Below, one piece after another: positions 38,543 through 50,100 of a stretch of DNA of 64,000 bases. Origin of the DNA: Marsupella aquatica (lineage: Eukaryota; Plantae; Marchantiophyta). Within the stretch, counting starts at the first letter, position 1. Every line of letters begins with the position of its first letter. The notes under the pieces are model-generated. The model was not told the DNA's origin. It did no database searches and was given only the letters and a program-made list of their open reading frames with translations. Position numbers and translations under genes: made by a program. Where the stretch lies: the NCBI GenBank assembly GCA_973895155.1, contig OZ316893.1, positions 24,107,520-24,171,519 on the forward strand, written 5' to 3'.

Positions 38543-41500
38543 TTAGGACCAGTTGACGCGACCAGTCGCGTGTGAGAAGGAAACTGGATAGATTTACTGA
38601 GCGCGTACCATATCCAAATCTCCACAAGGAAGGTTAAGTGGATATAGTTGTTTAGGTTCAGTTGACGCGACTAGTCGCGTCAGGTAGCTCTCTCATTGAC
38701 TGGTTCTGTTAGAGGAGGTAAGGTTCCTTTTAGGACCAGTTGACGCGACCAGTCGCGTATGAGAAGGAAACTGGATAGATTTACTGAGCGCGTACCATAT
38801 CCAAATCTCCACAGGGAAGGTTCAGTGGATATAGTTGTTTAGGTTCAGTTGACGCGACCAGTCGTGTCTGAGGTAGCTCTCTCATTGACTGGTTCTGTTA
38901 GAGGAGGTAAGGTTCCTTTTAGGACCAGTTGACGTGACTAGTCGCGTCTGACGTAGATCTCTCATTGACTGGTTCTGTTAGAGGAGGTAAGGTTCCTTTT
39001 AGGACCAGTTGACGCGACCAGTCGCATGTGAGAAGGAAACTGGATAGATTTACTGAGCGCGTACCATATCCAAATCTCCACAGGGAAGGTTCAGTGGATA
39101 TAGTTGTTTAGGTTCAGTTGACGCGACCAGTCGTGTCTGAGGTAGCTCTCTCATTGACTGGTTCTGTTAGAGGAGGTAAGGTTCCTTTTAGGACCAGTTG
39201 ACGTGACTAGTCGCGTCTGACGTAGATCTCTCATTGACTGGTTCTGTTAGAGGAGGTAAGGTTCCTTTTAGGACCAGTTGACGCGACCAGTCGCATGTGA
39301 GAAGGAAACTGGATAGATTTACTGAGCGCGTACCATATCCAAATCTCCACAGGGAAGGTTCAGTGGATATAGTTGTTTAGGTTCAGTTGACGCGACCAGT
39401 CGTGTCTGAGGTAGCTCTCTCATTGACTGGTTCTGTTAGAGGAGGTAAGGTTCCTTTTAGGACCAGTTGACGTGACTAGTCGCGTCTGACGTAGATCTCT
39501 CATTGACTGGTTCTGTTAGAGGAGGTAAGGTTCCTTTTAGGACCAGTTGACGCGACCAGTCGCGTGTGAGAAGGAAACTGGATAGATTTACTGAGCGCAT
39601 ACCATATCCAAATCTCCACAGGGAAGGTTCAGTGGATATAGTTGTTTAGGTTCAGTTGACGCGACCAGTCGTGTCTGAGGTAGCTCTCTCATTGACTGGT
39701 TCTGTTAGAGGAGGTAAGGTTCCTTTTAGGACCAGTTGACGTGACTAGTCGCGTCTGACGTAGATCTCTCATTGACTGGTTCTGTTAGAGGAGGTAAGGT
39801 TCCTTTTAGGACCAGTTGACGCGACCAGTCGCGTGTGAGAAGGAAACTGGATAGATTTACTGAGCGCATACCATATCCAAATCTCCACAGGGAAGGTTCA
39901 GTGGATATAGTTGTTTAGGTTCAGTTGACGCGACCAGTCGTGTCTGAGGTAGCTCTCTCATTGACTGGTTCTGTTAGAGGAGGTAAGGTTCCTTTTAGGA
40001 CCAGTTGACGTGACTAGTCGCGTCTGACGTAGATCTCTCATTGACTGGTTCTGTTAGAGGAGGTAAGGTTCCTTTTAGGACCAGTTGACGCGACCAGTCG
40101 CATGTGAGAAGGAAACTGGATAGATTTACTGAGCGCGTACCATATCCAAATCTCCACAGGGAAGGTTCAGTGGATATAGTTGTTTAGGTTCAGTTGACGC
40201 GACCAGTCGTTTCTGAGGTAGCTCTCTCATTGACTGGTTCTGTTAGAGGAGGTAAGGTTCCTTTTAGGACCAGTTGACGTGACTAGTCGCGTCTGACGTA
40301 GATCTCTCATTGACTGGTTCTGTTAGAGGAGGTAAGGTTCCTTTTAGGACCAGTTGACGCGACCAGTCGCGTGTGAGAAGGAAACTGGATAGATTTACTG
40401 AGCGCATACCATATCCAAATCTCCACAGGGAAGGTTCAGTGGATATAGTTGTTTAGGTTCAGTTGACGCGACCAGTCGTGTCTGAGGTAGCTCTCTCATT
40501 GACTGGTTCTGTTAGAGGAGGTAAGGTTCCTTTTAGGACCAGTTGACGTGACTAGTCACGTCTGACGTAGATCTCTCATTGACTGGTTCTGTTAGAGGAG
40601 GTAAGGTTCCTTTTAGGACCAGTTGACGCGACCAGTCGCGTGTGAGAAGGAAACTGGATAGATTTACTGAGCGCATACCATATCCAAATCTCCACAGGGA
40701 AGGTTCAGTGGATATAGTTGTTTAGGTTCAGTTGACGCGACCAGTCGTGTCTGAGGTAGCTCTCTCATTGACTGGTTCTGTTAGAGGAGGTAAGGTTCCT
40801 TTTAGGACCAGTTGACGTGACTAGTCGCGTCTGACGTAGATCTCTCATTGACTGGTTCTGTTAGAGGAGGTAAGGTTCCTTTTAGGACCAGTTGACGCGA
40901 CCAGTCGCATGTGAGAAGGAAACTGGATAGATTTACTGAGCGCGTACCATATCCAAATCTCCACAGGGAAGGTTCAGTGGATATAGTTGTTTAGGTTCAG
41001 TTGACGCGACCAGTCGTGTCTGAGGTAGCTCTCTCATTGACTGGTTCTGTTAGAGGAGGTAAGGTTCCTTTTAGGACCAGTTGACGTGACTAGTCACGTC
41101 TGACGTAGATCTCTCATTGACTGGTTCTGTTAGAGGAGGTAAGGTTCCTTTTAGGACCAGTTGACGCGACCAGTCGCGTGTGAGAAGGAAACTGGATAGA
41201 TTTACTGAGCGCATACCATATCCAAATCTCCACAGGGAAGGTTCAGTGGATATAGTTGTTTAGGTTCAGTTGACGCGACCAGTCGTGTCTGAGGTAGCTC
41301 TCTCATTGACTGGTTCTGTTAGAGGAGGTAAGGTTCCTTTTAGGACCAGTTGACGTGACTAGTCGCGTCTGACGTAGATCTCTCATTGACTGGTTCTGTT
41401 AGAGGAGGTAAGGTTCCTTTTAGGACCAGTTGACGCGACCAGTCGCATGTGAGAAGGAAACTGGATAGATTTACTGAGCGCGTACCATATCCAAATCTCC

Positions 41501-42831
41501 ACAGGGAAGGTTCAGTGGATATAGTTGTTTAGGTTTAGTTGACGCGACCAGTCGTGTCTGAGGTAGCTCTCTCATTGACTGGTTCTGTTAGAGGAGGTAA
41601 GGTTCCTTTTAGGACCAGTTGACGTGACTAGTCGCGTCTGACGTAGATCTCTCATTGACTGGTTCTGTTAGAGGAGGTAAGGTTCCTTTTAGGACCAGTT
41701 GACGCGACCAGTCGCGTGTGAGAAGGAAACTGGATAGATTTACTGAGCGCATACCATATCCAAATCTCCACAGGGAAGGTTCAGTGGATATAGTTGTTTA
41801 GGTTCAGTTGACGCGACCAGTCGTGTCTGAGGTAGCTCTCTCATTGACTGGTTCTGTTAGAGGAGGTAAGGTTCCTTTTAGGACCAGTTGACGTGACTAG
41901 TCGCGTCTGACGTAGATCTCTCATTGACTGGTTCTGTTAGAGGAGGTAAGGTTCCTTTTAGGACCAGTTGACGCGACCAGTCGCATGTGAGAAGGAAACT
42001 GGATAGATTTACTGAGCGCGTACCATATCCAAATCTCCACAGGGAAGGTTCAGTGGATATAGTTGTTTAGGTTCAGTTGACGCGACCAGTCGTGTCTGAG
42101 GTAGCTCTCTCATTGACTGGTTCTGTTAGAGGAGGTAAGGTTCCTTTTAGGACCAGTTGACGTGACTAGTCGCGTCTGACGTAGATCTCTCATTGACTGG
42201 TTCTGTTAGAGGAGGTAAGGTTCCTTTTAGGACCAGTTGACGCGACCAGTCGCGTGTGAGAAGGAAACTGGATAGATTTACTGAGCGCATACCATATCCA
42301 AATCTCCACAGGGAAGGTTCAGTGGATATAGTTGTTTAGGTTCAGTTGACGCGACCAGTCGTGTCTGAGGTAGCTCTCTCATTGACTGGTTCTGTTAGAG
42401 GAGGTAAGGTTCCTTTTAGGACCAGTTGACGTGACTAGTCACGTCTGACGTAGATCTCTCATTGACTGGTTCTGTTAGAGGAGGTAAGGTTCCTTTTAGG
42501 ACCAGTTGACGCGACCAGTCGCGTGTGAGAAGGAAACTGGATAGATTTACTGAGCGCATACCATATCCAAATCTCCACAGGGAAGGTTCAGTGGATATAG
42601 TTGTTTAGGTTCAGTTGACGCGACCAGTCGTGTCTGAGGTAGCTCTCTCATTGACTGGTTCTGTTAGAGGAGGTAAGGTTCCTTTTAGGACCAGTTGACG
42701 TGACTAGTCGCGTCTGACGTAGATCTCTCATTGACTGGTTCTGTTAGAGGAGGTAAGGTTCCTTTTAGGATTAGTTGACGCGACCAATTGCGTCTGAGGT
42801 AGCTCTCTCATTGACTAGTTTTGTTAGAGGA
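38543..42831. repeat. Higher-order tandem array: 15 x 269-bp units (109+80+80), each subunit headed by a palindrome
   Basis: GAGAAGGAAACTGG recurs at exactly 269-bp intervals from 38761 to 42527. Every subunit begins TTAGG(AC/TT)CAGTTGACGYGACYAGTCGYGT. About 48 palindrome copies including partial flanking units. Confidence 0.97.
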
Positions 42832-42970
42832 TGAAACAACATTTATGATTTGTCACGTTGTGACCCGAAAAAATCAGTCTCTCAAAGAATTGTTTATACA
42901 TTCTGATTTGTAGACGCGACCAGTCGCGTGAAAATAATCTCTGGGATATATCATTTGGCTGAAAAGAATC

Positions 42971-43522
42971 ATGGGCGAACCTGGTCTGGAGAGCTTCAGA
43001 TATCTATGCCCAATATTTGACGTTTTGGACAGAAGCCAAGATGGTCTACTAGCGGGATATTCTGTATTTATTGAAACACTACTACCTGGACTTCCAAATT
43101 TCATTGTTGCGGAATTGATATGGCCTCGGATCAAGGAGACTTTTAATTCCTCAGCTAATGCAGGAAATTTCTCAATAAAGGAATTGGATGAGTTTGTAGG
43201 ACTATCTTCGGTGTGTCGCAGATGGCGCCACCTTGTTGGGAATACCTATCTTCTAGGTGTAATCAAGTTGAGTTTATTAGATTTGGTTTTCCCAGGAAAT
43301 CCTACTAAACCGATCGGAAATGAGTCTCTCTCATCGACAGTTCAAAGTTTCTTCCAGAAATACCCAAGAATTAAATTCATGGGGTCAATGTCCAGAGATC
43401 TTAGGGAACTCTTCACGAAGACTTACGATGCTCTCCACCCTCTTGAAAAATGGAAATTTACAGTCAGATGCCACGAAGTTGGATACCTTGAGGGTGACAT
43501 CTACGCTTTTAAGGAATTCTAG
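42971..43522 (+). CDS. F-box-like protein 1
   Basis: LLPGLPNFIVAELIWPRI ... LSSVCRRWRHLV; intact ORF. Confidence 0.7.
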   Translation: MGEPGLESFRYLCPIFDVLDRSQDGLLAGYSVFIETLLPGLPNFIVAELIWPRIKETFNSSANAGNFSIKELDEFVGLSSVCRRWRHLVGNTYLLGVIKLSLLDLVFPGNPTKPIGNESLSSTVQSFFQKYPRIKFMGSMSRDLRELFTKTYDALHPLEKWKFTVRCHEVGYLEGDIYAFKEF

Positions 43523-43587
43523 TTAACTTACGTGACCAAGCGCGTCGTATGTCATCTAACAATGTTTTGTGATCTGATAAAAGCAGG

Positions 43588-44154
43588 ATGAGCCAACTTT
43601 TGAATGAGGCTTGAGAATTCCTTTCATCTCATGAAAAGAAATAGAAAACAATATGGGATACGCTGGATGAAACCTCCTCTAGTCTCATTGGAGGAATACC
43701 AGATGTTTTGGTCATTTCAAACATTTGGCCAATACTCTACGAACACTTTATTTCAATTGAAAGATTGCATGGATATCGACACCTCAATAACGATTTGGTT
43801 ATCGATAGGGTCCGAGACCTTATTCGGCTTGGAGCTTGTAGCAAGAAGTGGAACTTTTTAGTTACAAATACAAGGTTATGGGCTATCCTCAAACAAGCAA
43901 ACCGGATTGTCGATGTCGCAAATGATGCTCTTTACGACATACCCAAAACTGACGAGTTGGAGTTTGACTCAGTCTGTCGAGTTATTCGACAAGATATTTC
44001 TATGCTTCCAGAAATATCTGTTCTTGGGACTACTACTTCTGACAAAATCGCATTGTTTACGAACAAATATAACAATTTAGATGAGGAAGAACAAGATGTC
44101 CTAATCGAAAGGTTTGGTAGATTTTCTCAGAATCTTGGTGGTCCCAGTTCTTAA
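43588..44154 (+). pseudogene. F-box-like protein 2
   Basis: ATG 43588 with two premature stops, then LIGGIPDVLVISNIWPIL ... LGACSKKWNFLV; paralogue of its neighbours. Confidence 0.65.
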
Positions 44155-44188
44155 TGGATAGGTTCTTGTTCTTAATCTTTTCCATATT

Positions 44189-44719
44189 ATGCTGCAGTCC
44201 TTTGACATGAATCAAAAATCTCATCGTCAAATGATGATGAAGCGCATTGCACGTGCAAAGGTTATCAACCGAAACATGATATGGAGTCAAGCTGAAGACC
44301 TGATACCCGGTCTTCCGGATGATATTGTCGAGAAATATATTTGGCCATTAGTCAAAGAGTTTTTCCACTGTCTTGGGAATTTGTTGGATACTGCGATTAA
44401 AAATCGGGTCATGGACTTGATCGCCATTCGAACAGTCAGTAAGAAGTGGTGCCACATAGTTACTTATAGTAGTACTTGGGCGACGGTCACCTTGGTAGCT
44501 TACGACCTCACTGATAGACTAGGATATGAATCGCTTCGAAGGCATTTGACTTCACGGAGTGTAGCATTAAGATTTACAGAATCCATCAGAACTCTCCTGC
44601 CGCTGGACATTGTGGGTGGATTTGAAGGATCTGAACTTGACACGTTTAGGAACCTTTGATTTTGGTTAGATGAAGATGAGCGAGAAGATTGGGTCAGGAT
44701 AAATGTTCCTAAAATGTAA
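44189..44719 (+). pseudogene. F-box-like protein 3
   Basis: LIPGLPDDIVEKYIWPLV ... IRTVSKKWCHIV; TGA at 44657 is probably premature because the frame continues FWLDEDEREDW to 44719, matching the tail of paralogue 2 (LDEEEQD). Confidence 0.7.
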
Positions 44720-44794
44720 TTCGGCATGACGCGACCATGCGCGTGTTAGTATTTTATAATAAACGTTTAACTTTCAATATTTGTTTGTTTCAGA

Positions 44795-44997
44795 ATGGAT
44801 CCTACCGGAACCTCAAAGCGGAAAAGAGACTCATCTAAAGCTGCTTCTCGTAAGAAAACCAAGACAAAAATGACTCCCGCAGAGACATCCATACTTGCAT
44901 ATCGAGGAAAGTCAATCAGAGAGAGAACAACGGAGACAAAGAGTATCCATCTCTTTGAATCGACTGAGATATCCGATTTTGGAATAGTCGTTCGCGA
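44795..44997 (+). pseudogene. Basic N-terminal ORF fragment, probably interrupted by element 4
   Basis: MDPTGTSKRKR..RKKTKTK (NLS-like) follows a pyrimidine tract plus CAG; the frame closes 30 bp after the putative MULE terminus. Confidence 0.4.
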
Positions 44998-45706
44998 GGG
45001 GAATTTACAAACGATAGCAAACAGATAACAGTAACAGGAAACAGATTCTGGTACCAGTTAAAAGGAGCTATTACCAGTGAACAGTGTTTGGATGGTCGTG
45101 AACAGTGATCTTAAAAAAAGGTCCCAAAATCTCCATTTGAAAGTACAAGAATAGAAAACAAAACCACCAAACCCTCGTGATAAATAAAAGAACAACACGG
45201 GAACAATTTTTTGAAACATAAAAGATGGCTGCCAATTGAGATACACAAAATCCAAGACAAATACAAGTAGAAAAGAAAGGCCGGAAAAAACATTCGCATA
45301 TATTATCGCAAAATAGAAAATGCGCTCGGCTTAAGTGATACAAAATGCAGTTATCAACATCAACAATCTGGCCTAAAAATCCCATCCATGAAGTCACGAT
45401 CGACACTGTCGGAGGTTTGCGACTAATACATGAACAGCGCTCGGCGCTAGCCAAAAACTAACTAGAAAACTAGTCGTTTCTTGGAGACAAGATGCGTCCA
45501 AACCCAGACAACATAGTCAAGATCCATTCCCTCCCACAAAATCCGTTGTCGTTTCAATAGCGCCCGGCGCTAGCCAAAACCTAAATAGTAGACAACCGGG
45601 AAAACCCTAACACCAGAGCTGAGGTCGACTTCAATGCCACAAAATCCGGAAAACTTTAGCAGCGCCCGGCGCTAGCTTAAAGCGATCAGCAAAACAAAAT
45701 TTCCAT

Positions 45707-46249
45707 CTAGCTTTCTGAGTTGCAATCATCATCCACTCCTGCTGCTTCTCTCCGCCGATCTTTCTTGAAGCCGAGACCACGCAAACGAACGTATCCCTCT
45801 GAAGGTCCTCGATGAACAGCCCTCGTAAAATGTTCATTAGGAATATTACTGTCCTTAAAATCAACTCGCCCGAACATTTCTTGTACTCTTCGATCGATTG
45901 GGAGTACCCCATCAACAAGAACTCCCGAGTGAGACGAAAACCGACTAGAGAACGGAGGCGTAGGGGAATCGACAATCCAAGGGATGTTCTTCTCTCCAGG
46001 ACTAATAGCCTCATCATACGGGAGAGCATGACGGTTCCAAAAAGTGGAAGTTTCAGTTTCTTCAGTCTCCATCCGCGATTCAAAAGAGCTGAAATGGCTC
46101 TCTTCCGGACGCACACGAGAAGGACGAAAAGCTGCCTCCCAATCCATTGGCTCATACTGACTCGCCATGTTCCAAAGATCCCGATCTAATATGTAACCTC
46201 TCCTCCCGTAAGAACGTCGTCCGCGAGTGCTATAGCCGACAAAGGTCAA
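45707..46249 (-). CDS. Hypothetical protein (element 4 cargo)
   Basis: 180-aa ORF bracketed by palindromes at 45661 and 46612; family not recognised. Confidence 0.3.
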   Translation of the reverse strand: MTFVGYSTRGRRSYGRRGYILDRDLWNMASQYEPMDWEAAFRPSRVRPEESHFSSFESRMETEETETSTFWNRHALPYDEAISPGEKNIPWIVDSPTPPFSSRFSSHSGVLVDGVLPIDRRVQEMFGRVDFKDSNIPNEHFTRAVHRGPSEGYVRLRGLGFKKDRRREAAGVDDDCNSES

Positions 46250-47182
46250 AGAAAGGTCCGCGAAGACTAAGACACCAGATAAAGGTCCGCGTACACTACC
46301 ATTCCGAAATGACCATCAAACTATCATCGTCCCGTTCTATTGCCTCCCGAAACTATCTTCGCCTTGGTAACAGGTATCGTCCCGTTCTCTCGCCCTGCTC
46401 TAACGTCCCATTCTATCGTCTTCCCGAAACTATGGTTGTCCTCAACTATCGACGTCCCCAACTCTCGTCGTCCCGAACAAACCTAAACGGAAACTATAGT
46501 CCTCCCTTCCGCCCGGTCCCTAAACTATGGTCCCCAACGGTTTTCCGACGACTGACTAAAGAACACAATCCGACGACTGACTAAACGGCCATTTAGAGAT
46601 TCCATTTGGCGAGCGCCAGGCGCTTGTAAAGAACAGAAGTCAAAAGTAATCAACAAGTAGAGAGAAATCAACAATTTCAAAGGACCCTCAGCAAAGGGAA
46701 ATAATACACTTGTTACAAGCGCCGGGCGCTGCTAAAAGATTTAGCCTCAACTACCCACTACTTCTCACGGTTCCGAAAATTCTCAGTCGGAACCAGAATC
46801 TGTACTCTGGGATCTGTGCGTGGACACAGCCTCATCATCTACGTACTGGCTGCGGGAGAAGTCATCAACATAAGGATGTTTAATGAACTTTCGGTCAACA
46901 CGTACCCCTTCGTAACCGAAGACCTTTGTTTTCCCAGCAAAGTGTCCTTGCACTTTCTGCTTTCCTTGCGGCTTTCTCTGCATAGGAGGGAAGAACAAAC
47001 GGTTTTTCCGGTGTTTCTCCGTTGTGTCTCGCGATCTTCCTCCGCAGTTTGAATCGTCTCCTTGCATTCCACTCTGACCTGATATAACAAAGTCCATTTT
47101 GTAAGGCACCTTTCCCCAAAACAACAAAAGAAATGTTATGAATTGACGGGAATGGAGAAAGAAGCTTATGAGTTTATGAACA

Positions 47183-50100
47183 TTACTCGGAAGAGTCATC
47201 ACTATCGGTTTCATCTACAGCTGCACGACGCTCTCCCTTTTCCTCCTCAGAGTTTCTTGTACCTTGTTCCTCTCCACCTTCACTCGATTCATCATCAGAA
47301 TCAAAATTGAGAACCGACCGAAGCTTATCTCTTTTTTTTCTGTCGGCAGTAGGAACAGGTGGAGGTAACACTGCAATCTCTTTGGGAGACAACAAATCCA
47401 TGAAAACCTTTGAAGCGGTTTCAATAAATTCTTTCCGGTGTTCTATCCCGAGTACGAATCGTCCAAAGAAGTCGCCAGCAATGTAAGAGCCTCCAGCCCC
47501 AGCAGTCCAATCCATAAAAATATCACGAGGCCGTGTGACAAGCTCTATAACAGATTGCATAAAACCCACAGACAGACGAGCATTTCCAACAAACTCCATT
47601 TGCGGGAATGGATCTGATTTGAGCGAAGAGAGTCCGATCAAATTGGTAACCGAAGGGTCCTCACTGATGGACAGCGGCCGAAATTTGGGGTCTTTGGGAA
47701 TTTTACATTTCCCATTAATTCGGCCAAATATGTCGAGCCTGAGGGTAAACATCTCTCGGTCTGTCTTTGCCACATACATCGGGTCAGACATCACAACATT
47801 ATGCAAGCATATACATTGAAATTTCCTTGACTCCTGACAGGCAGCAATGACTTGCGACATGGGATCGTACTCCCCATTGTGTAGAATTACAAGGAACCCA
47901 TCATCTGATAAAAATGGATCCATGGATTTGAAAAAAGATCTCGCCATTGAGTGATCTGGAATGTTCCATTTAGGAACCTTCTTATCAATGATAAATGGTT
48001 TGAACCCGGTCGGTAGGTAAATGAAGCCGGCATCCACTCCAAACGATCTTACTTTTCCCCCCGAACAACTCCCTTCTCTTTAAATCCCAACTTAACGAGG
48101 TCTTTTCCCCATTTCTCCACATCACTAACCCACTTGGGCTTCTCCTCCTTGTTGAACGTCGAGTCAAAAAATTCAGAAAGGCTTGTCTCAACCATGCAAT
48201 GGCGAGACACAGTTGTTTTGAAGTTTCCAACTTCACGTTGGAAACCAGAAGCTATAACACTCTCCCTTAAAGATTGTCCACCTTCGACAGCTCTCTTTCG
48301 TTTCTTCCTGGTACTCGTGGCGTCGATAGGAACTATAACCTTCCCTTTGTCGACTGGAGTAATGGGGTCCGATCGAGCTCCCGTGTTTGCCTCGGAAACT
48401 TCAGGTGTAGCATCCTTTTTAGTATCTCCCGTTCCCACCGTATTAGACTTCCTCCCTCCTAAAATATGACCAGGTCGTAGTTAGAATAAGTACTTTTAAA
48501 GTATTGAAAGAAGCTAGTGCCTGGCGCTAACCAAATACAATTCACTTAAGTCGCAACCGAAGCCTAATAACCAAGAAAGAGAATACCCTCAACAGAATAT
48601 TCGCTGGCAAAATCATGGATAGCAATACTTACTCTTCTTTCCAGATTTAGTAGACTCGCTCGGTGCTGCTAGCTCCGCTTTGGCTTTCGCGCGAGGTTTC
48701 GACTCCGGTCCACATGCACAACAGTTGTTTCACAGATAGTTTGCAAGTTTGTGGCAGACTTGTCTACATCGTCAAGTAGACCCTGCTTCATGTCGGACAC
48801 AAGTTTTGCTGGTATCTGAGACTTTGAAAGCTTATGGAAGGCATCTTTTTCCCTTTGATCAAAAGGAGAATCCCATCTATCTGTATCTAGATACCAGGGG
48901 CAGTGAGTTCTCTCCCATTCTGTCATTGGTCTCGGAGGAAATATGCCCTCCGTGGGGTACATAGAGTACAAATCAGCCAAGGCATCATCTTCACTTATTG
49001 AAATCCACTTCATAAAAGCTGCAGGATATGCCCAGAAGTAATCAGGTTTGGTTACCTCCATGTGCATGTAGAACCTATACACAAACCTCTTCGCTCGCTT
49101 CTGGTTTCTCTGGGTGTAATCTTCTTTGTCAGGGTACTTTGAAGGCCACATAGTGTGAAAGAACTTATTCTTCACGGAATCACCAAATCTCTTGAATTCA
49201 TTTGTAACAAACTGAACTAGATCATCAAACGAACTACAATTCCACTCTTCCAATCTATTCGCGGGCATGGTTTGCTCAACTTCACATAGACATGAATGTA
49301 ACATGCCAGCAGCAATTCCCTCCACACTATTCCAAGTGATCCAAGTGTGGCACCACTATTTTACTGGATCATCGTTAACACTTGCTGGGTGAAAAAACTG
49401 TCTCCGCAGCTCAGGATTGCAATGTGCCACAAGTAAAGTGCTTCGTAACTTTGGGTCTAGAGCAGAAACAGCGGTGAACAATCGTGCGCGATCCATCGTA
49501 CATACAACGGTGTCAGGCTTCTTCTCTCTCTTGTTTCTCTCTGTGACAGCATACATTTCTGCACATGTACTGAGGAAATCTTCAAATTCAGGACTTAATA
49601 AGGGCGTAATTTTTGAAGACTTCACTGCCCAATCTTTGGTTGCGTCTTTCATCATGGCCGCATGCCGTTTTGAAATCTCGTCCGCCGACCATGGACTCCC
49701 TTGAGCCTCCGCTGCCTCCATGTCGAGTTTGAATTGATGCGAGTACGACTTTATCTTATTCTCACAAAGAATGTAAACAAGTGCTTCTTGTGGCATCTTC
49801 TTCGTATACCATGACCCCTTCCGAGTTTTCAGCCGAATGCTTTCAAACTTCTTGAAATTACCCAGGTCAATCAGTTTACTGTAATACTCAAGGTCATGCG
49901 CCAGAATTTGTTTGATTCTGTCCGCATCCAGGATCCAGGAAGGCTCTACAACTGCTTGGCCAAGCCTACACGAACAAACATTGAGAGTAAGAGTCAATGA
50001 AAAACAATTCATGTATAAGCAGCGCCGAGCGCTAGTAAATACAGCACTCGCAAGATTTAAGGAAAGAACTGGAAATCATGAGAACTTACTGATTCATGGT

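Larger units (their letters stand above)
29972..44997. mobile_element. Large DNA element built around a Sola-like/DUF7869-type transposase (element 3); both ends unresolved
   Basis: Contains the transposase pseudogene, F-box-like cluster and tandem arrays, unified by the ACGCG-N6-CGCGT palindrome seen from 34316 to 44744. Bounded by the CACTA-2 TIR and the putative MULE end; no termini of its own identified. Confidence 0.5.

Noticed and set aside
38543-42831. CRISPR array (palindromic 30-bp repeats with regular spacing)
   Set aside because: The spacers are not unique (only two types, repeated periodically), there are no cas genes, and the context is eukaryotic. It is a higher-order tandem repeat.
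42914-44744. Integron with attC sites
   Set aside because: No tyrosine integrase, and the palindromes are far shorter than attC sites and lack their core-site structure. Only the cassette-like layout is reported.
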